Below the pieces are notes generated by a model. The model was not told the origin of the DNA, searched no databases, and saw only the letters and a list, made by a program, of their open reading frames with translations. This document shows positions 32,484-38,683 of a stretch of DNA of 38,683 nt, piece after piece. The position numbers and the translations under genes are program-made. The stretch lies in IMG/VR virus record IMGVR_UViG_3300016263_000771, positions 1 through 38,683 of that record; one strand, written 5' to 3'. How positions within the stretch are numbered: the stretch's first letter is position 1; every line of letters begins with the position of its first letter. This stretch comes from a virus (lineage: Duplodnaviria; Caudoviricetes).

Positions 32484-33815
32484 ATGCCAGCTACACCAGT
32501 CAACGTACTTCAGATAGTACAAACTTACCAAAAAGCAGAACTTGCTTGGCTGCAAAACAGCTTTGTAGGTATTTCCCTAGCTAACAAGAAGTTTAAAGAC
32601 TTTAATACCACAGCGCCATCTAACTTAGGTGATACTGTAACTTTCGATACCACTCCAAGATTCATTTCTTATCCCGGATTGGTAATTACACAACAACCAT
32701 CTGTTCAACGTGTACAAAGCTTAATTTGCTCTCAAGCAGCTAACGTATCTCAAGGATTTACTGACCAACAGTTCATCTTTAACGTGCGTGAGTACATGGA
32801 TAGATTTGGTATGGCTGCTATTAAAGAGCTAGGTACTGTAGTGGAATCTGACATTCTTAAAAACTTTGTTTCAGGTGTTACAGTCAATGACCCGCAAAAC
32901 CCAAATCTTGGCGTAACCCAGTACAAATCTGGCCCATTCCGTTTCTACGGTGATGGTATTACCCCAATTAACAGCTTCACCCAATTGGCTCAATCTGTAG
33001 CTAACTTTGAAGATTTTGGTGCTGCTACCCACAAAATGACTGCGATTTTACCAGTTGCAAACATTCCTGCAATTGTTGGAAGCGGTTTGAACCAATTCGC
33101 CATGGACAGAAACAATGACTTAGCTAATAGCTGGATGTTAGGTCGTTTCGCTAATGCTGATTGGCATGAGTCTAACTTATTACCAGTTCACGTATCTGGT
33201 AGCATTGCTGAAGCTGCTGCTCCTGCTAATGTAATGACTGTTGTGTCTGTAAATGACCCAACCGGCCAAAACATTATAAGCATTATCTTTAGCGTAGACC
33301 CTTCTGTTGGTAACGATGCTAACGCTGTTAAAGCTGGTGACTTGTTCCAATTTAATGATGGCGTATCTGGTTTACCTAATTTACGCTTCTTGACCTTTAT
33401 TGGGCATCAACCATGTCAACAACCAGTGCAGTTCCGTGCTATTGCTGACGCAGCAAGCTCTGGTAACAGCATTACAGTACAGTTACAAACCATTAATGAT
33501 GTTGGTTTAGTATCTGCTGGCAACCAAAACCAGAACTTGAACACCGCTATTCAAGCAGGCATGACTGTTACTCCAGTGCCTTCTCATAGAGCGGGTATCT
33601 TAATGTCTGGCGACCAATTCTACTTAGCTATGCCTAAGTTGCCAGATGAGTCTCCATTCACCACTGTAACCACTGTTGACCCTGATTCAGGCGCAAGCAT
33701 CAGACATTACTTTGGTAGCCAGTTTGGTTTGAACAACCGTGCTTATGTCCGTGATGTTATCTACGGAAGCTGCTTGGTTGCTGAGAACTCAATGAGATAC
33801 TGTTTCCCACTATAA
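32484..33815 (+). CDS. Major capsid protein, P22 gp5-like
   Basis: 443 aa, LGDTV.F..P.R, insertion-domain-like VKAGDLFQF, position after the scaffold. Confidence 0.88.
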   Translation: MPATPVNVLQIVQTYQKAELAWLQNSFVGISLANKKFKDFNTTAPSNLGDTVTFDTTPRFISYPGLVITQQPSVQRVQSLICSQAANVSQGFTDQQFIFNVREYMDRFGMAAIKELGTVVESDILKNFVSGVTVNDPQNPNLGVTQYKSGPFRFYGDGITPINSFTQLAQSVANFEDFGAATHKMTAILPVANIPAIVGSGLNQFAMDRNNDLANSWMLGRFANADWHESNLLPVHVSGSIAEAAAPANVMTVVSVNDPTGQNIISIIFSVDPSVGNDANAVKAGDLFQFNDGVSGLPNLRFLTFIGHQPCQQPVQFRAIADAASSGNSITVQLQTINDVGLVSAGNQNQNLNTAIQAGMTVTPVPSHRAGILMSGDQFYLAMPKLPDESPFTTVTTVDPDSGASIRHYFGSQFGLNNRAYVRDVIYGSCLVAENSMRYCFPL

Positions 33816-33821
33816 GCGTAT

Positions 33822-33837
33822 GGCGGTGTAAACCGCC
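33822..33837 (+). terminator. Stem-loop after the coat gene
   Basis: GGCGGT-gtaa-ACCGCC, weak T tail. Confidence 0.5.
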
Positions 33838-33863
33838 TTATTCAATTACATGAGGATAAAATC

Positions 33864-34616
33864 ATGACTGTATACAAATCATTCAATCAAGCTCTTTTCC
33901 CATACGCTTACGGCTTGGGATTAAGCAATAACGCAACTACTCCTAACACAAAGTTAGATGTTGCAGTTGGAAGTATTTTAGATTCTTCTAAAACCTTTCA
34001 AATTAACTTAAATTCAGATTTAACCATTGACGCAACTGTTCTTGGTGCAAACGGTATTGATGTCGGCTCTTTAGCTGCTAGCAAACTGTATAAAGTGTAT
34101 TTAATCCAAGGCAGTTCTTCTGGCAACGTACCTGCTGGCTTAATTTCATTGTTAGATGCTCCATACTTACCTTATGGCTATGATACATACGCTTTAATTG
34201 GTTATGTTGCAACTGGCGCAGGCTCTACATTCTTAAAAGGTTACTGGACTGACGACAAGTCAAGCTGGCGCACCTTTATGTATGATGCTCCACAAGCTAC
34301 CGCGGTTACTGCTGGTAACGCCACCAGTTACACTGCAATTGACTTAAGTGCTTTTGTTCCTGCTGTAGCAAATACACCAGTATTTGTTGATTCAGCATTA
34401 ACACCTAGTGCTGCAAGCCAAACATTGAAATTACAACCAGCTGCTGGCACAGGTGATGCTGTTACTGTTACTGGACAAGTTAACGCTGTAATCGTATCTA
34501 GCCAAAGCTTGGTAGTTTCAACATTAGCTTCTGGTTTACCAAAAGTTAATTACAAAGTAAGCAACGCTGGCGCTGCTGCTGCAATTAACGTTGGCGGTTA
34601 TCAGTTTGCAATCTAA
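33864..34616 (+). CDS. Putative capsid decoration/structural protein (paralog 1)
   Basis: Beta-rich, follows the coat gene; GL.LSN...P.T.L.V..GS, PYGYD.Y..IG.V. Confidence 0.55.
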   Translation: MTVYKSFNQALFPYAYGLGLSNNATTPNTKLDVAVGSILDSSKTFQINLNSDLTIDATVLGANGIDVGSLAASKLYKVYLIQGSSSGNVPAGLISLLDAPYLPYGYDTYALIGYVATGAGSTFLKGYWTDDKSSWRTFMYDAPQATAVTAGNATSYTAIDLSAFVPAVANTPVFVDSALTPSAASQTLKLQPAAGTGDAVTVTGQVNAVIVSSQSLVVSTLASGLPKVNYKVSNAGAAAAINVGGYQFAI

Positions 34617-34660
34617 TAAACGGAGGGGTAAAACCCTCTCTATAATTTAAAGGAAAGGTT

Positions 34661-35431
34661 ATGAAATACACGCAATTTGGTCAAATTCCATCACAATATA
34701 TAAATGGTTTGCGTATACGAAATTCCGTTGTATTGCCATTAACCCGACTTAGAGTGGGTTCTGGAAGCATGCTAAGTTCAAACGGCGATTTTCAGATGAT
34801 TAGCAATGATGATATGTCTTGCGATATTGATAAACAAGGGGCAGGTGGTGTAGATGCGGGAACAATAATACCAAATAGAGTTTATGGGGTATATTTTATT
34901 ACAGATTCCCGAAATCAATATCCACCTTCTATAATTTTATCTTTGTCTTATGGGCAAGCGGTATTACCACCTTCAATGCCTTATGGCTATGATGCTTACG
35001 GTTTTATAGGTTGTGTAACAATTAACTCAGCAAGTGAAATTGAACCGGGGGTATGGCTCGGACTTAATTCATTCAACAGATGTTTTATTTATAATAATCC
35101 AATAAAAATATTAAATGCAGGAACTGATACAAATTATACTTTTGCAGGAATGTTAAATTGTGTTCCTACATTTGCTTTTCAAAAAGTAAACTTAAATGTA
35201 GATTTTAATGCAAACGCTGCTGCTGATACAGTTAATTTAAAATATGATTTATCAGCTAGCGCTCAAGCAATTATTACCGCACCCGTTGCCGGCAGTATTG
35301 CTCATACAACAACCTCGGAAACAATATTAACTAGATTTACAATAAATGGCCCCGGAATTGATTATAAAGTATCGGATGGTTCTGTTGACTTATATGTTAC
35401 CGGGTATGAATTGTTTCTTTATAGGGGATAG
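34661..35431 (+). CDS. Putative capsid decoration/structural protein (paralog 2)
   Basis: Shares motifs with 33864..34616 along its length. Confidence 0.55.
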   Translation: MKYTQFGQIPSQYINGLRIRNSVVLPLTRLRVGSGSMLSSNGDFQMISNDDMSCDIDKQGAGGVDAGTIIPNRVYGVYFITDSRNQYPPSIILSLSYGQAVLPPSMPYGYDAYGFIGCVTINSASEIEPGVWLGLNSFNRCFIYNNPIKILNAGTDTNYTFAGMLNCVPTFAFQKVNLNVDFNANAAADTVNLKYDLSASAQAIITAPVAGSIAHTTTSETILTRFTINGPGIDYKVSDGSVDLYVTGYELFLYRG

Positions 35432-35436
35432 ATATT

Positions 35437-36141
35437 ATGGCTTATACAGCTAGGATGTTGATTACAAGAGCATATTATCTGTCTCAGATAGTTAGCAGAC
35501 AATTGCAAACAGTTTCAGGAGAACAAATCGATGATGGTTTGTTTCTCCTAAACTCACTTTTGCAATTCAAAAGCACCGACCTAAGAGAAATACCTTACTT
35601 TAAACGTGACCAGTTAACATTAACTGCTGGCGTTGATGAGTACTTTATCGAAAGACTAATTTATGTAGACGCAATGACCTATAACATAGGCTCTGTGCGC
35701 TATCCAATGGCGGAGCTTACACGTAAGCAGTTTTTCGATACAGCGCGTATTGATAACATACAATCCCTGCCTTTTTCTTATCGTGTTGAGCGTGAGAAGG
35801 GTGGCTCTAGGATTTATTTATATTTTGCCCCACAAGGAAACTATGTATTGAAGTTAAGCGGCAAGTTTGGCTTAACAGATGTAACTTTAGACACAGATTT
35901 AAGTTTAGAGTATGACGCCTTTTACATTGAGTTTTTGCGCTATCAGTTAGCACAATATATTTGTTCTGATTATGGCGCAACCTTACCCGATGAAACTAAA
36001 ATGAAATTGCGCTCTATGGAAGATATAATACTAGATGTAAGTCCTGCTGATTTGTCGCAACAAAAGCTTACGTTCTTCTCAGGGCAATCACCATGGGACT
36101 GGCAAGCTATAAACCTGAGCAAGGGCTATTTCCCCTTCTAA
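35437..36141 (+). CDS. Head-tail adaptor, P22 gp4-like
   Basis: MAYTA..LITRA...DGL..LN.LL, C-terminal Y..FL.Y.LA..I...YG; synteny. Confidence 0.7.
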   Translation: MAYTARMLITRAYYLSQIVSRQLQTVSGEQIDDGLFLLNSLLQFKSTDLREIPYFKRDQLTLTAGVDEYFIERLIYVDAMTYNIGSVRYPMAELTRKQFFDTARIDNIQSLPFSYRVEREKGGSRIYLYFAPQGNYVLKLSGKFGLTDVTLDTDLSLEYDAFYIEFLRYQLAQYICSDYGATLPDETKMKLRSMEDIILDVSPADLSQQKLTFFSGQSPWDWQAINLSKGYFPF

Positions 36142-36192
36142 TTTGTATTATAGTTGGTTAGCCAAAATGTTTTTTAAATTTAAGAGGGTATT

Positions 36193-37869
36193 ATGCCAGC
36201 ACCAAATGCCGTACAACAAATTCAAGAAGTACCCCTTAAAATTGTTGGGGGCAACAAGTTTGGCCGTTACCCAAAAATAAGTGATGAGGAAACAATAAAC
36301 TTTATTGTTTCAGATGATTTCTTGGTGCCATACGCAGGATACGGCTTAGCCGGGACAACCACCAGTACATTAATGGGTAGAGGTAATTTTTCTAGTTTTA
36401 CCGGTCAGTTCATGCTTAATGTGATAGGCAATAAAATTTATAAAGCCGAATACAACTCTGTACTGCAAAATCTTATTGTTACAGAAATACCTAATGCAAC
36501 ACTTAGCACAACTAGTGGCGATGTATACTTAGCTGAAAACAATAATAGGCAAATTGCTATAGTTGACGGTGTAAATTTATATGTTTACGACTATGGTAGT
36601 ACTCCGGGATTTTATTCTACTGGCGCTACAGGCGCTTCACAGATAAGCTGGAATTTTACGGTATTCCCTAATCCAAGCTATGTGGCATTTCAAAATGGCA
36701 GATTTATTGTTACTTGTAACTCTACTCAGTACTGGGTTTTATCAAAGTTAAATCAGGCATTAGACCAAGCCGGCCCTGTGTATGCGTGGCCACAAAATAA
36801 CTCTTCAGCGTATGCTTCTCAAGTAGGCGTTATTAGCTCTAAGCCTTGCAAGATTAGGGCGGCGGTTCCTGTTCCGGGCGGTGGTAACAATTTATTGGTC
36901 TTAGGTAGCAATGTGTCTGAGTCATGGCAGGATGTCGGTTATGCAACCTTTCCATACCAAAGAAATAGTACGTTTAACGTAGACTTTGGTTGCTTAAATC
37001 CATCAAGCATAGCAGCCCTTGATAACTACATTGTATTTTTAGCTGTAAACGAACAAGCAGGGCCTTTTATTATTGTTATACAGGGCGGTAATGCGCAGCG
37101 TATATCGACTGATGGTATTGACTATAAGCTTTCACAGTTAAAAAACCCTGAAAACTGCACAGGCTTTTTGTTTAGGCAAGATGGCCATTTGATTTATCAG
37201 TTTACTTTTATTGAAGACAATTTAAGTTTTGCGTATGACTTTAATACCGGCTTATTTTTTACTGTAACCGATGACAATTTGAATTATCATCCTGCGCGTC
37301 AAGTCGTGTTCTTTAACAATGAATACTACTTTGTAAGTATTAACGACCCGAACATCTATAGATTTGGCACGCAGTATACATGCGCACAATATGGGTTTCC
37401 TAATGATGTTGCATCATATAGAGAGCTGCCACGAATACGTATAACACCACCAGTAAGACTGCCCACACAAAGATATTTTATTGCAAAGAGCTTAGGATTT
37501 ACCATTGAGAATGGCCAGCAAAATGACATGCAGGTTATACCTTTGCAACCTTATATTTATAATATTATACAAACTGAAGCTTTAGTTGACATAACGACAG
37601 AAAATGGCCAGGGTATAGGCACGGAGCTGCCGCCTGTACCCAGCGGCTATGAAACTTTTTACAGCGAAGCTGTTGACCTATCTATATCAAGAGATGGCGG
37701 GGAAACATTTGGCAGCAGATGGCGTTTGAACATGAACAAAACCGGTAAACGCAAATCACGTTTTATTTGGCAACGTTTAGGAATAGTTAATGACGCTACA
37801 TTCCAATTACAGTTTTCCGGGTTTGGTAGGTTTGTGGCAACAGATGGTGTATTGGAGATTTATCAATGA
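36193..37869 (+). CDS. Tail hub/DNA stabilisation protein, P22 gp10-like
   Basis: IAIVDG, VAFQNGRFI, RISTDGID, QDGH.IY, SRDGG.TFG...W.RLG. Confidence 0.85.
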   Translation: MPAPNAVQQIQEVPLKIVGGNKFGRYPKISDEETINFIVSDDFLVPYAGYGLAGTTTSTLMGRGNFSSFTGQFMLNVIGNKIYKAEYNSVLQNLIVTEIPNATLSTTSGDVYLAENNNRQIAIVDGVNLYVYDYGSTPGFYSTGATGASQISWNFTVFPNPSYVAFQNGRFIVTCNSTQYWVLSKLNQALDQAGPVYAWPQNNSSAYASQVGVISSKPCKIRAAVPVPGGGNNLLVLGSNVSESWQDVGYATFPYQRNSTFNVDFGCLNPSSIAALDNYIVFLAVNEQAGPFIIVIQGGNAQRISTDGIDYKLSQLKNPENCTGFLFRQDGHLIYQFTFIEDNLSFAYDFNTGLFFTVTDDNLNYHPARQVVFFNNEYYFVSINDPNIYRFGTQYTCAQYGFPNDVASYRELPRIRITPPVRLPTQRYFIAKSLGFTIENGQQNDMQVIPLQPYIYNIIQTEALVDITTENGQGIGTELPPVPSGYETFYSEAVDLSISRDGGETFGSRWRLNMNKTGKRKSRFIWQRLGIVNDATFQLQFSGFGRFVATDGVLEIYQ

Positions 37870-38183
37870 GCAGCAACAGGGACGAGGTAAGAATACCTAA
37901 TTTACCAATCGGGCATATTGTAGATGACAAAGGCTATCCTACAGATGACGAGCTAACGTTTAGACAGGTATTGGTGACTAACTTGCAAAAATTTGTTGGC
38001 AATAACGGTTTAGTTATGCCTACGGTTAACAATACAGAAATGCTGCAAATACAAAATAATACAGATATAAATCAACAAAAAACCTGCGCATTTGGTACAT
38101 TATTATATAACAAGGACACCAATAAAATTATGGCAGCCGTAGATGACGGCACCGGCAACCCAATATTTGTAGTTGTTGTTTAA
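37866..38183 (+). CDS. Small tail protein (gp26 position)
   Basis: 105 aa between the gp10-like and gp7-like genes. Confidence 0.5.
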   Translation: MSSNRDEVRIPNLPIGHIVDDKGYPTDDELTFRQVLVTNLQKFVGNNGLVMPTVNNTEMLQIQNNTDINQQKTCAFGTLLYNKDTNKIMAAVDDGTGNPIFVVVV

Positions 38184-38197
38184 CATAAGGAACAAAC

Positions 38198-38683
38198 ATG
38201 GCAAGCAATATGAATGAAAACCAATTTAACCAATTATTGTCCATGCTTGGGTATGGCGCAGGCGCTGCTGGCATAGGCGGTGGTTTGTACAATTTATTTA
38301 GCAAACCTGCTGACATTTCTGGCGCAGCTAACCAGTACTTAAATCAAATTCCCGGAGCTATGCAACCATACTACCAACCCTATATGCAAGCCGGACAACA
38401 GGCTCTTGGGCAACTACAAAACCAATTTGGCCAATTAACCAATCAGACAGGCGATGTATACAATCGTTTAGCTGGTGGCTACAAAGAGTCACCCGGTTAC
38501 AAAAGAGCGCTTAGCGAGGCTCTGGGGGCCGCTGGCGGGGCTGCTGCTGCTGGAGGCATGTTAGGCACAGGTCAATCACAGTTACAGGCGCAAGATGTAG
38601 CTGAAAGCATGAGCAACCGCGATTTTGGTGACTACATGGGTCGCATGATGGGATTGTATGGCACAGGCCTATCCGGATTAAGT
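38198..38683 (+). CDS. DNA ejection/pilot protein, P22 gp7-like (5' part; continues across the window end into 1..234, 239 aa total)
   Basis: ATG at 38198 after AAGGA; 162 open codons to the window end, joining in frame to position 1; Gly/Ala/Gln-rich with PYMQAGQQALGQL...SPGY...AAAAGGMLG, resembling gp7; lies after the gp10-like gene. Confidence 0.75.
   Translation, partial: MASNMNENQFNQLLSMLGYGAGAAGIGGGLYNLFSKPADISGAANQYLNQIPGAMQPYYQPYMQAGQQALGQLQNQFGQLTNQTGDVYNRLAGGYKESPGYKRALSEALGAAGGAAAAGGMLGTGQSQLQAQDVAESMSNRDFGDYMGRMMGLYGTGLSGLS

Noticed and set aside
1-38683. Stop-codon reassignment or introns/inteins
   Set aside because: Standard-code ORFs tile the genome and core genes (terL, portal, coat, dnaB) are of normal length

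Overview
The window reads as a complete, circularly permuted ~38.7-kb genome of an AT-rich P22/Sf6-like podovirus: the ORF starting at 38198 runs in frame across the window end into 1..234. The virion module is terL, portal, scaffold, coat, two paralogous coat-adjacent proteins, gp4-like, gp10-like, three ejection proteins and several tail fibre genes. It is followed by a GH108 lysin, a leftward exo-recT-ssb operon, cro, an initiator with iterons, dnaB, an array of small leftward early genes, terS, and a 3-kb insert carrying thymidine kinase that separates terS from terL. I recognised no integrase, CI-like repressor, CRISPR array, RT or tRNA. The most striking unexplained signal is at RNA level. 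About 11 gene leaders share an extended ribosome-binding motif, AAAACAAGGA(G). A candidate ~75-nt minus-strand small RNA (13870->13793) carries the exact complement, CUCCUUGUUU, in a hairpin loop, and two further minus-strand hairpins (14249-14276, 17383-17411) also show C-rich anti-SD loops. This suggests a phage-encoded small-RNA regulon switch, or CsrA-gated translation if the plus strand is the one transcribed. All calls come from motif recognition by eye; no searches were run.
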